The notes under the pieces were generated by a model, which was not told the DNA's origin, ran no database searches, and worked only from the letters and a program-made list of their open reading frames with translations. A DNA stretch of 64,000 bases, from positions 1,385 to 65,384 of the forward strand of contig CAZXGD010000012.1 of assembly GCA_964640485.1 (NCBI GenBank), in the 5' to 3' direction. Position numbers and translations under genes: made by a program. This document shows positions 9,147 through 18,931 of the stretch, piece by piece. The DNA is from an uncultured Isosphaeraceae bacterium. Lineage in GTDB: Bacteria; Planctomycetota; Phycisphaerae; Phycisphaerales; SM1A02. Numbering within the stretch: position 1 is the first letter of the stretch; every line of letters begins with the position of its first letter.

Positions 9147-10139
9147 ATGCGCCCCCGAAAGCCAAGTCTGCTGGATCCCAAACTCGCCGTGGACGAAGGT
9201 CTGCGTTCCGCGCTGCTGGGTGAGTTAGACGGTGCACTTGAGGAGTGCCGCCGACTGGCCAGCTGGGAACAAGCCGAGCGCCGAGGGGCAGTGCATGAAA
9301 TGCGCCGCGCGCTGAAGCGCTTTCGCGCGGGAGCCTCTTTGTGTGCAGGGGCGGTAGACGCCGCTGCAGTCCGTACCGTGCAAGAGGAGGTACGCGCCGC
9401 TGCCGAACGGCTCTCGGCGCAGCGTGATCGCGATGTGCTGGTGGACACCATCGGCAGCGTGGCGCAGATCTTTCCCAAGCCAAGTCAGCGGAGCGTGCGC
9501 GCAATCACCACCGCGCTCGTAGCCCCTGAAAAAGCCACCACCGCCACGGCCGATTGGCAAGCAGCGGGAACTCAACTTGAATCATCTCTCTCCGCACTCC
9601 GCGAACGCATGCTCGCGGTGGACATGCGCGCGGTAGGACCCGATTCCATCGCCGCGGCGGTGGAGCGCCGTTGGCGAAGGGCACGGCGGCGCGCCAATGA
9701 CAAGGCAGTCTCAGAGAATGTTGAACAGTTGCATGAAGTTCGCAAGGACTGCCAGAGGCTTGCGCTGCAGTTTCAGATGCTCTCTCCGCTGGGTCCGCGC
9801 CGGCAGTTGAGAGCGATTGGCGCCGATCTTGCGCTGGTGGTTTCAATGTTGGGGGAGGACCGTGATCTTGCGCTCCTTGAATTGCGGCTGCGCGAACGCA
9901 AGAGTGAGTTTCCTGATCCGCGCCAAGCGGAGTCCATGTTGCTTCACATCGGTTCGCGCCGGGCCAAACTGCTCAAGCGGGCACGGAGGCGCGCCCGGCG
10001 GACGCTTGCTCCCAAGGCCCGCCAGATTCGGCGCCTGCTCTCGACTGGCCGAGGCGACAAGAAGGCCGCGCGCAAGGCAGAGCGCAAGTCAGTGCGAAGG
10101 CTGGCACGGCGCGCCGGATCGCTGAGCCAAAGGCGGTAA
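9147..10139 (+). CDS. CHAD domain-containing protein
   Basis: Helical and Arg-rich, with the CHAD-type motifs VHEMRRALKRFRA and LHEVRKDCQRLALQFQ. The ATG at 9147 is preferred because the track start at 8952 overlaps the UbiA-family gene. Confidence 0.65.
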   Translation: MRPRKPSLLDPKLAVDEGLRSALLGELDGALEECRRLASWEQAERRGAVHEMRRALKRFRAGASLCAGAVDAAAVRTVQEEVRAAAERLSAQRDRDVLVDTIGSVAQIFPKPSQRSVRAITTALVAPEKATTATADWQAAGTQLESSLSALRERMLAVDMRAVGPDSIAAAVERRWRRARRRANDKAVSENVEQLHEVRKDCQRLALQFQMLSPLGPRRQLRAIGADLALVVSMLGEDRDLALLELRLRERKSEFPDPRQAESMLLHIGSRRAKLLKRARRRARRTLAPKARQIRRLLSTGRGDKKAARKAERKSVRRLARRAGSLSQRR

Positions 10140-10152
10140 CCTTTGCAGTTCT

Positions 10153-11718
<1,566 letters not shown>

Positions 11719-11926
11719 CCGCTGGCCTGAGGTTGTGGCGCGATAACCGGGCCGGATTTGGCACGCACCCCTTCCACGGGCGGGGTTCTAGCGAATTTGG
11801 TGCGGTAATTGGCCCGGTGCTGCTTGCGCGGCCCGGCTCTTGGGCCACAATACGCCCGTCCGCTGGTGGTGCACCGCGCACCTCGAGTGGTTGTTGCTTC
11901 TTGTTCGACAGAGAGAGGAAAAGGAC

Positions 11927-12574
11927 ATGCGTTGTGCTGTTGCTGCTTTTGCGGCTGCCGCCGCCCTTGCTGGTGGTGCGTCGGCTGGTTTTGTGGACGC
12001 TTACATCGCCCCATGGGCTCAGGGCCCCAATACGCAGTACGCGCAATGGGAGAGTTTCACCAGCGCGATGGGCGGCAACAACGCGCCGGACCAGCCGGGC
12101 TCCAACGCCTTCAGCCTCTTTAACTTTGCACCCGGTGCAGTGATCACCGGCGGTGGCAACATCTACGGCCCGGGTTCACCGCTGTACATCATGATGACGG
12201 GCGGAACGTTGGGCAACAATCAGTCACCCATTGAAGTGGTGTGCAACGTGGCCACCGCAGGAACAATCATTGCCGCGCCCAGCGTTCGGCTGACGCTCTT
12301 TAACAACGTTGGTGGCTACGCAACGTATGCACCCTCGGTCACGGACCTGCGCTATGACGCACCTGCCGTTCCATTTGGGTCAACACAGAACATCGCGTAT
12401 TCCTGGACGGGGCTCAACCCCGGATTCAACGCCAGTGGCTGGCGCATTGAATTTGCAGCCAGCGGTGAGCACATGTCACTGGACGCCGCCCGTGTGGACC
12501 TGCAGTACTTGCCCACACCGGGGGCGCTGGGGCTTCTGGCGCTTGCTGGACTCACAGGACGCCGTAGGCGCTGA
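11927..12574 (+). CDS. PEP-CTERM sorting-domain secreted protein
   Basis: Signal peptide MRCAVAAFAAAAALAGGASA and C-terminal LPTPGALGLLALAGLTGRRRR (PEP-like motif, TM helix, Arg cluster). GAGAGGAAAAGGA lies upstream of the ATG at 11927. Confidence 0.8.
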   Translation: MRCAVAAFAAAAALAGGASAGFVDAYIAPWAQGPNTQYAQWESFTSAMGGNNAPDQPGSNAFSLFNFAPGAVITGGGNIYGPGSPLYIMMTGGTLGNNQSPIEVVCNVATAGTIIAAPSVRLTLFNNVGGYATYAPSVTDLRYDAPAVPFGSTQNIAYSWTGLNPGFNASGWRIEFAASGEHMSLDAARVDLQYLPTPGALGLLALAGLTGRRRR

Positions 12575-12584
12575 GATTCCGTTT

Positions 12585-12620
12585 GTGCGGCTGGTGCGGC
12601 TGGCGCGGGTGGCGCGGCGG
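12585..12620. repeat. four tandem 9-mers (GTGCGGCTG x2, GCGCGGGTG, GCGCGGCGG)
   Basis: Read directly from the sequence. The repeats lie in the intergenic region between the PEP-CTERM gene stop and the first MBL-rhodanese gene. Confidence 0.6.
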
Positions 12621-12694
12621 ATACCGCCGTGGACAGGTGGGGCTATACCGCCCTTGCCCTGCAGAAACAGTGCAGACTGACCGACACCATTGGC

Positions 12695-14176
12695 ATGAGC
12701 CTGGTGGTTCGAAGGATCGAAGATGCACGGCAACTGCGTACCGCCTACTTGGTGGGATGTGCGCGGTCTGGTGAAGCTGTCATCTTTGACCCTCCACGCG
12801 ATGTGGATCGATGCATTGAAGTGGCCGCCCGTGAGGGTTTGCGCATTGCCGCCGTGGCGGAGACACATGTTCATGCTGACTTTTTAAGCGGTGCGCGCGA
12901 ACTTGCGGAACGCACTGGCGCTGTGGTTCTGGTGAGCGCTGCCGGGGGCGCCGCGTGGACGCCACGCTGGGTGAATCGGTATGCCAACCGATTGCTCCGC
13001 CATGACGACACACACGACGTCGGAGGGGTGCGCCTTCAGGCGATGCATGTGCCGGGAGCTTCACCCGAACAGTTGATCTATTTGGTGTACGACCACACGT
13101 CGGGGGCCGAAGAGCCTGTCGGCGCTGTCGTGGGGGACTTTTTGAGTCTTGAGGGGCTGGTGCGAAGCGAGCATGCCTCGGGCTCGCCCATTGCCATCGC
13201 CGCTGAACGCAGAGCGGTTCACCTCTGGCAGGAAAGCATTGAGAGATTCCTGGCGCTTCCAGACTTGGTTCAGGTGTGGCCGCTGCGCCCGGTGCGTCAC
13301 ACGATCGCAAGTTCGGGGGGCTTGCCGCAAACCACGGTGGGCTATGAGCGCCGGTATGGGTTTTTGGCGCAAATCATGAATGACACGCCTGCCTTTGCCA
13401 GCGCCGTGACTGAAGTGTGTCGTGAAGGCGACGGATGTTGCGCGCGCGTTCGTGCCACCAATCTCGAGGGCGTGCCGCTGCTGACACGAATGCCCGATCC
13501 ATACATCCTGATAAGTTTGGACGAGCGTCCCGAACTCTTGGACCCCACGATCTGCACGGTGATCGACACGCGTGCGTGGACGGTGTTTCGTAGTGGACAC
13601 CTACGCGGCGCCATCCACGCGCCTCTCGGGAGAAATCTGTCCGCCACGGTGGGAGCATTTGTGGAGCCCGATGAACGTGTGGTGTTGGTGTGCGACCCCA
13701 ACCACGCCCACGAACTGGTGCGCGAATGCGTGCGCGTGGGAATTGACCGCGTGGAGGCGGTCCTGCCTCCGGCACTGCTTCACAAACAGCGGCAACGGCT
13801 GCAGTCCGCACCTGAGGTTGGCGTTGAGGGCGCAGTGCTGGCGTTGACCACTGGCGAGGTGCACGTGATTGACGTGCGTGACGGCGCCGAGTGTGCACGG
13901 GGAATGATTGCGGGCGCGCTGCGCGTACCTCCCAGCCGTTTGGTGCAGCGTGCTCCAGACTTTGCTGGAGCCAAGGTCATTGTTCACTGTTCGCTGGGCT
14001 CGCAGTCCGCCACGGCGGCGAGCGTGCTGCGTCGGCGTGGCGTGGACGCTGTGAATCTGGCGGGCGGCTACGAAGCGTGGCGCCGGGCAGACCTTCCCGT
14101 GGTGATTCCCGGTGGATTTGACGCAGACCCCGCATGCAGCCTGGGGCTTGCCCCGGCAGTGCGTGCAGCGAGCTGA
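12695..14176 (+). CDS. MBL-fold (persulfide-dioxygenase-like) protein with two rhodanese domains; degenerate paralog
   Basis: Colinear with the downstream paralog (ETHVHADFLSGARELAER). The later metal-site motifs are altered: HVPGASPEQ versus HTPGHTPEH, EGLVRSE versus GDLGRPD, and PLRPVRH versus PAHGAGS. The C-terminal rhodanese keeps its Cys (HCSLGSQS). The ATG at 12695 (MSLVVRRIED) aligns with the paralog's start. Confidence 0.75.
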   Translation: MSLVVRRIEDARQLRTAYLVGCARSGEAVIFDPPRDVDRCIEVAAREGLRIAAVAETHVHADFLSGARELAERTGAVVLVSAAGGAAWTPRWVNRYANRLLRHDDTHDVGGVRLQAMHVPGASPEQLIYLVYDHTSGAEEPVGAVVGDFLSLEGLVRSEHASGSPIAIAAERRAVHLWQESIERFLALPDLVQVWPLRPVRHTIASSGGLPQTTVGYERRYGFLAQIMNDTPAFASAVTEVCREGDGCCARVRATNLEGVPLLTRMPDPYILISLDERPELLDPTICTVIDTRAWTVFRSGHLRGAIHAPLGRNLSATVGAFVEPDERVVLVCDPNHAHELVRECVRVGIDRVEAVLPPALLHKQRQRLQSAPEVGVEGAVLALTTGEVHVIDVRDGAECARGMIAGALRVPPSRLVQRAPDFAGAKVIVHCSLGSQSATAASVLRRRGVDAVNLAGGYEAWRRADLPVVIPGGFDADPACSLGLAPAVRAAS

Positions 14177-14269
14177 TCAAGTTTCGGAAAACGTTTCGTT
14201 CAAAACCGTTTGGGGGGCGGGAACCAAGCGCGTTCTGGCGGTATCCCATGACGTAAGGAAACCCCTCAA

Positions 14270-15742
14270 ATGCTCTTCCGCCGAATCGATGACCCCAAGC
14301 TTGCTCAATACGCCTACCTCATTGGATGCCAGCGATCCGGCGAGGCAATCATCATTGATCCACAGCGCGATGTTGATCGGTACATGGACGCCGCACGCCG
14401 CGAGGGCCTGCGCATTGTGGCCGTGGCAGAAACACACATTCACGCTGACTTCTTGAGTGGCGCCCGTGAGTTGGCGGAGCGAGCGCATGCGCATGTGTAT
14501 GTCAGCGGCGATGGTGGTCCGGAGTGGCAAAGCGCATGGGTAGCGCCCTACAAGCACACGCTGCTCCACGATGGGGATGAGTTCAAGGTGGGCAACATTC
14601 GCTTGAAGGCCATGCACACTCCCGGCCACACACCTGAACACATGAGCTACATGGTCTTTGACACGGGCTCAGGCGGAGCCCAGGCTCCTGCCATGGGGGT
14701 GATCTCCGGCGACTTTGTCTTTGTGGGTGATTTAGGAAGACCAGATCTGCTTGAAACCGCCGCAGGAACCAAAGGCTCCGCGGAGCCCAGCGCCCAACAG
14801 TTGTGGAAGAGCGCCCGCGCCTTTGTGGCGCTGCCCGACTATCTGCAAGTGTGGCCCGCACATGGCGCCGGCAGTGCGTGCGGCAAAGCCTTGGGCGCCG
14901 TTCCGCAGAGCACGGTGGGATACGAAAAGATCTCCAGCCCCATTCTGAAGTTAGTGGGAGATCAGCAGAGGTTTGTGGATGACATTCTGAGCGGCCAACC
15001 AGAGCCACCGATCTATTTTGCGCGGATGAAGGTGCTCAATCGCGATGGCGTTCCGGTGCTAGGCCATTTGCCCCAACCGCCGTTGGTGCAGGATGTGTCA
15101 AACAGACCAGAGCTCACTGACCCCAAACTTGCGGTGGTCGTTGATACGCGTCCATGGGTTGAGTTCAGACGCGGCCATCTCCCGGGGGCATTGCATGCCG
15201 TGCCGGGCAAGATGTTCCCCATGGTGGTCGGCAGCTTTGTGCGCCCGGAGGAGCCCATTGTGCTGATCTGTGATTCGCTGCGCAGCGACGAATTGGTTCG
15301 CGACCTTGTGCGCATTGGATACGACCAGATTGTGGCCGTTGTTCCTCCGACCGCCGTGGCGACATTTACCGAGTTGGTGCAAGAGCCCGAAGAAACTGTT
15401 CAGGGCTTGGCGCGCGCTGCCGAAGCGGGCGCGGCGTTTGTGCTTGATGTGCGCGGCGCCAGCGAACACGCGGCGGGAGCGGTGAAGGGTTCGATGAACG
15501 TGGCGTACACACGGCTGCCGCAGGCGTTGGCGAAACTGCCCACGGATCGTCGGATTCTTGTGCATTGCGCAGCCGGCGGGCGCAGCGCTGCGGCCACCGC
15601 GTATCTGCGTCGCCAAGGGTTTGACGCGCTCAATGTGGAGGGCGGATTTGGAGCGTGGCGCAAGGCTCAACTCCCAGTGCACACACCAGCACCGGGCAAG
15701 GGTGCAGAGCAATGTTGCGCCAGCGGCGGGTGCCGCGCGTGA
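14270..15742 (+). CDS. MBL-fold persulfide-dioxygenase-like protein fused to two rhodanese domains
   Basis: Carries ETHIHADFLSG, MHTPGHTPEHMSY, ISGDFVFVGDLGRPD and VWPAHGAGSACG, plus the C-terminal rhodanese active loop HCAAGGRSAAA. Confidence 0.85.
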   Translation: MLFRRIDDPKLAQYAYLIGCQRSGEAIIIDPQRDVDRYMDAARREGLRIVAVAETHIHADFLSGARELAERAHAHVYVSGDGGPEWQSAWVAPYKHTLLHDGDEFKVGNIRLKAMHTPGHTPEHMSYMVFDTGSGGAQAPAMGVISGDFVFVGDLGRPDLLETAAGTKGSAEPSAQQLWKSARAFVALPDYLQVWPAHGAGSACGKALGAVPQSTVGYEKISSPILKLVGDQQRFVDDILSGQPEPPIYFARMKVLNRDGVPVLGHLPQPPLVQDVSNRPELTDPKLAVVVDTRPWVEFRRGHLPGALHAVPGKMFPMVVGSFVRPEEPIVLICDSLRSDELVRDLVRIGYDQIVAVVPPTAVATFTELVQEPEETVQGLARAAEAGAAFVLDVRGASEHAAGAVKGSMNVAYTRLPQALAKLPTDRRILVHCAAGGRSAAATAYLRRQGFDALNVEGGFGAWRKAQLPVHTPAPGKGAEQCCASGGCRA

Positions 15743-16533
15743 CTGAGTTGCTCATTCAGATAGTGGGCGGTTTGATCGTTGGTGGAAGCTTGGGGCTGGT
15801 GGGTGCCGGAGGCGCCATTCTGAGTGTTCCCATTTTTGCTGTGTTGCTGGGGCACCAGAGCAAGGACGCGGTGGCAGAGGCATTGTTGGTGACCTGCGCA
15901 GTGGCCGCGGTATCGGCGATGCGCGCAGCACGTTCCCGCCAAGTGGATTGGGCTAAGGTCGCTCTGGTTGGCGTTCCAGGAATGATGGGCTCGGCGCTGG
16001 GGGGTTGGGCCGCCCATTGGTTGAACGACGTTGTCCAGATGGCGCTCTTTGCAGCGCTGGCGCTCGTGGCGGCGTGGAGGATGGTGGCACAGCGTGAACC
16101 GCATGAGTCAGAAGCGCGGCCGCGGGGATCGTTGGCCATGGAACGCGCCTCGGCGGTCGCGGTGGGCGTTGGCATTGGTGTCTTTACAGGCCTCGTGGGG
16201 GTGGGGGGCGGCTTTTTGCTGGTGCCCGCGCTCACGTTGTTGCTGCGTGTGCCCATGAGGTTGGCCATCGGCACCAGCCTCTCCATCATCGCGCTCAATT
16301 CGGCGGTGGGGTTTGTGGGCAATCGCGTGGGTGATCCCCGCGACGTGCATCCTGATTGGCAGGCTGTGGCCATTGTGGCGCTCTGCGGAGTGATTGGAAG
16401 CGTGGCTGGCGCGCGAGTCTCGCAACGCATGCCGCAGAGTGCGCTTCGCCGAGTGTTTGCCGCCCTGCTAGTTCTTGTGGCACTGGTGACACTGCTTCAC
16501 CAATGGCGATCTGTTCCAGGGAGCCCTGCCTAG
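15712..16533 (+). CDS. TauE/SafE-family sulfite/anion exporter
   Basis: A ~270-aa polytopic membrane protein with repeated Gly-rich helices ([13 protein letters not shown] and [15 protein letters not shown]). The start is either the ATG at 15712 or the GTG at 15739 (GTGA overlap with the upstream stop). Confidence 0.75.
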   Translation: MLRQRRVPRVTELLIQIVGGLIVGGSLGLVGAGGAILSVPIFAVLLGHQSKDAVAEALLVTCAVAAVSAMRAARSRQVDWAKVALVGVPGMMGSALGGWAAHWLNDVVQMALFAALALVAAWRMVAQREPHESEARPRGSLAMERASAVAVGVGIGVFTGLVGVGGGFLLVPALTLLLRVPMRLAIGTSLSIIALNSAVGFVGNRVGDPRDVHPDWQAVAIVALCGVIGSVAGARVSQRMPQSALRRVFAALLVLVALVTLLHQWRSVPGSPA

Positions 16534-17076
16534 CAGCGAGGCCATGGCGCAGATCCCCGTGGCGCCCGCAAACAGCAAGCCCGCACCCATCGCACCAGCA
16601 CCCACCAACCACAGCGGGTGCACAAATGCACCAAGAGCCACGAACGCCAGCACCAGTGTCCCCACCGTGACCATCACTTGACGAATGATGGGAAGTGGCG
16701 CACGAACATTGGTCACCACAGGCAATCCGTCCTTGGCCCACGCGCTGATTCCGCCCTGGATCACATGCACGTCGGCGCGACCGAGTGCATGCAGAGCTTG
16801 CGCCACGTGACCGGCTCTGGTGCCTGAGCGGCAAAGCACCAGCATCTCTTGGCCAGGACGCGCCGGGGGAAAGTCCTCGGCGCCCATGAGCGATGTGGGG
16901 CAGAGAACACTTCCGGCGATGTGCTGCTGTCGATACTCGTCAGTCTCGCGCACATCGGCGATCCAGGCTTTACCCGCCGCCAACAGGGCTGAGGCCCGCT
17001 CGGGAGTGACGGCCGACGCCGATTGGAGTGAGGATGCAGAAGCCGTATCCGAAGTTGAATGAGGCATTGTGGTCAT
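16468..17076 (-). CDS. YgaP-like rhodanese + DUF2892 membrane protein
   Basis: Rhodanese domain with the active loop [10 protein letters not shown], followed by two TM helices ([16 protein letters not shown]..., [20 protein letters not shown]). The start is assigned to ATG 17076 (MTTMPHS); 17067 and 17118 are alternatives. The 3' end overlaps the convergent TauE gene by 66 nt. Confidence 0.75.
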   Translation of the reverse strand: MTTMPHSTSDTASASSLQSASAVTPERASALLAAGKAWIADVRETDEYRQQHIAGSVLCPTSLMGAEDFPPARPGQEMLVLCRSGTRAGHVAQALHALGRADVHVIQGGISAWAKDGLPVVTNVRAPLPIIRQVMVTVGTLVLAFVALGAFVHPLWLVGAGAMGAGLLFAGATGICAMASLLGRAPWNRSPLVKQCHQCHKN

Positions 17077-17117
17077 GGCAGTTTTTAGAGTACGACCGGT
17101 GGCATAAGGTTCCCACA

Positions 17118-17945
17118 ATGTGTGGGTACTCTGTGCAAGTGACCTACATTTCCAAGGATCCAGCCAAGGCGATCCCCCAACTGCTTGAAGAGTGCGGGCC
17201 CATGGTTCACGCGGTGGTGCGGCGGATTCTGCACAATCAAGCGGATGCGGATGATGTGGTTCAAGATTCCTTTGTGCTTGCGTATCAACACTGGCGCAAG
17301 TTTAGGGGGCAAAGCAAGCCATGCACGTGGCTCCATTCCATCGCAGTTCGAGCGGCACTCCGACGGAGCAAACTCGAAGCGCGAAGGCGCGCGGTGACGA
17401 AAGACTTTGGCAAGAGCAGCCCCTTTGTTGACAAGCAGCTTGCGGCGGCAGACTTTTCACCCAATTCGCGCGCGGCGCGAGAGTTGCGCCAAGAGGCTCG
17501 AGCGCGGGTGGAGCAAGCCGTGGGCGCTTTGCAGGAGCCGTTCAAGAGTGCGGTGGTGCTCAAGGAGATTGCGGGGATGTCGATCATGCAGGTCTCGCAA
17601 GTCCTGGGAGTAAACCCTTCCACGGTGAAGACGCGCGTGCACCGCGGACGGTTGTTGTTGCGCAACATCCTTATGAGTACGCGACCTCGCAAGGAGGTGC
17701 CGCGCGCCATCTACGACCGTTCAATCTGCATGCAGTTACTGCAAGCCAAGATGGACGCATTGGATCGTGGGGTGGACTTTCCCATGCAACCAGAACTGCT
17801 CTGTGAACGATGCCGCCAGGTGTTGGCCAGTCTCGATGTAGGCGCCGACGCATGCCGGCATCTCAGAAAGGGCACCATGACCCCCGCTCTCAAAAAGCGC
17901 ATTACGCGGGCGGTGAAACTGGATGCCCAGCGCACTCGACGATAA
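17118..17945 (+). CDS. ECF (sigma-70 family) sigma factor with a ~90-aa C-terminal extension
   Basis: Region 2 (DADDVVQDSFVLAYQHWRKFRG...WLHSIAVRAALRR) and region 4 (LQEPFKSAVVLKEIAGMSIMQVSQVLGVNPSTVKTRVHRGRLLLRN) are both present, followed by a Cys-containing tail. The start is uncertain (17028-17133). Confidence 0.8.
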   Translation: MCGYSVQVTYISKDPAKAIPQLLEECGPMVHAVVRRILHNQADADDVVQDSFVLAYQHWRKFRGQSKPCTWLHSIAVRAALRRSKLEARRRAVTKDFGKSSPFVDKQLAAADFSPNSRAARELRQEARARVEQAVGALQEPFKSAVVLKEIAGMSIMQVSQVLGVNPSTVKTRVHRGRLLLRNILMSTRPRKEVPRAIYDRSICMQLLQAKMDALDRGVDFPMQPELLCERCRQVLASLDVGADACRHLRKGTMTPALKKRITRAVKLDAQRTRR

Positions 17946-18297
17946 AGATGCGTCCGCTGTCAACCCCCACGCCTTCGCACGCCCCAAACTCTTGAATGGC
18001 TTGCAGCAACTTATCTTGCGTGTCTAGAACCTCCACGCATGATGGGTAGCCGTTGTTGGCAGCGGCCTTGGCCGCTCGCGTCTGGGTGATGTCGGGGTGG
18101 GCCGTTGAGTCCGCGATGCGAACGGGCCACGCCACCACCACAGCGGCCAGAAGCAGCGCAAGCGATACTCCCACGGCCGCCGCACGGCGACGCGCCCTGC
18201 GGCGGTTGACTGCGCGATCGAACTCCGCAAGGGCTCGATGGAGCATCTGTGAGCGTTTGGATTCAGAAGCTGAGTTGTGCGGTGGCGTCTGGCTCAT
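17902..18297 (-). CDS. putative anti-sigma factor (single-pass membrane protein)
   Basis: Its ATGA start overlaps the stop of the upstream ECF sigma gene. It has a cytoplasmic N-terminus, an Arg cluster and then the TM helix AAVGVSLALLLAAVVVAW. The assignment rests on position only. Confidence 0.5.
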   Translation of the reverse strand: MSQTPPHNSASESKRSQMLHRALAEFDRAVNRRRARRRAAAVGVSLALLLAAVVVAWPVRIADSTAHPDITQTRAAKAAANNGYPSCVEVLDTQDKLLQAIQEFGACEGVGVDSGRIFIVECAGHPVSPPA

Positions 18298-18914
18298 GCT
18301 TGGATCTCCCTGGCTACAGCCTCTGCGCGCTTCACTGCGCGGCGTAGCCGACTCTCCAATGCGGCGGGGCCCAGCCCCACGGCTCGTGCCATTTGCACCA
18401 GCGTGGCTTGCGTGCGTGCACGAAGTTCCAGCAGCGATCGATCTGTGGCAGAGAGTTCTAAGAGCACGTGCCGTGCGACTTCAAGGTGCGCGGCGTCTTG
18501 AAGGAAGGCGCACGCCTCTTGACGCGATCGCGCCACCCGCCTCTCGCGCACCCTGCGCGCAAGGTCACTGCGCAGCAAGTCAACGGCAGCGCTGGCCGTC
18601 ACTCGTCGCAGCCACGAATCCAGTGCCGCGAGGGTGGAGCACACCACTGGCGTGCGAGCAACGCGCAACCATGCTTCTTGGGCGGCATCGGGCGCCAGCG
18701 CGGACCGCGCACCCATCGATCGCAAGGCTTGAACTTCAACCAGTGCACATCGCCACTCAAACAGTTCCGCCAATGCTTGCCGGTCACCCTGCACCATGCT
18801 GCTACTGAGCCGCAATGCCCGTGCATCGGCAGGCGCGCTTTCAGCCAAGGATTGGGCTGTGGATTGCACCAGTGAGGCTGGAAGTGGAAGTGATCTGGCG
18901 GGCAGCACAACCAT
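18294..18914 (-). CDS. ECF sigma factor
   Basis: Region 2-like (DAAQEAWLRVAR...LDSWLRRVTASAAVDLLRSD) and region 4-like (LSATDRSLLELRARTQATLVQMARAVGLGPAALESRLRRAVKRAE) segments. Confidence 0.7.
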   Translation of the reverse strand: MVVLPARSLPLPASLVQSTAQSLAESAPADARALRLSSSMVQGDRQALAELFEWRCALVEVQALRSMGARSALAPDAAQEAWLRVARTPVVCSTLAALDSWLRRVTASAAVDLLRSDLARRVRERRVARSRQEACAFLQDAAHLEVARHVLLELSATDRSLLELRARTQATLVQMARAVGLGPAALESRLRRAVKRAEAVAREIQA

Positions 18915-18931
18915 GGTTTACCAAGCGGGGC

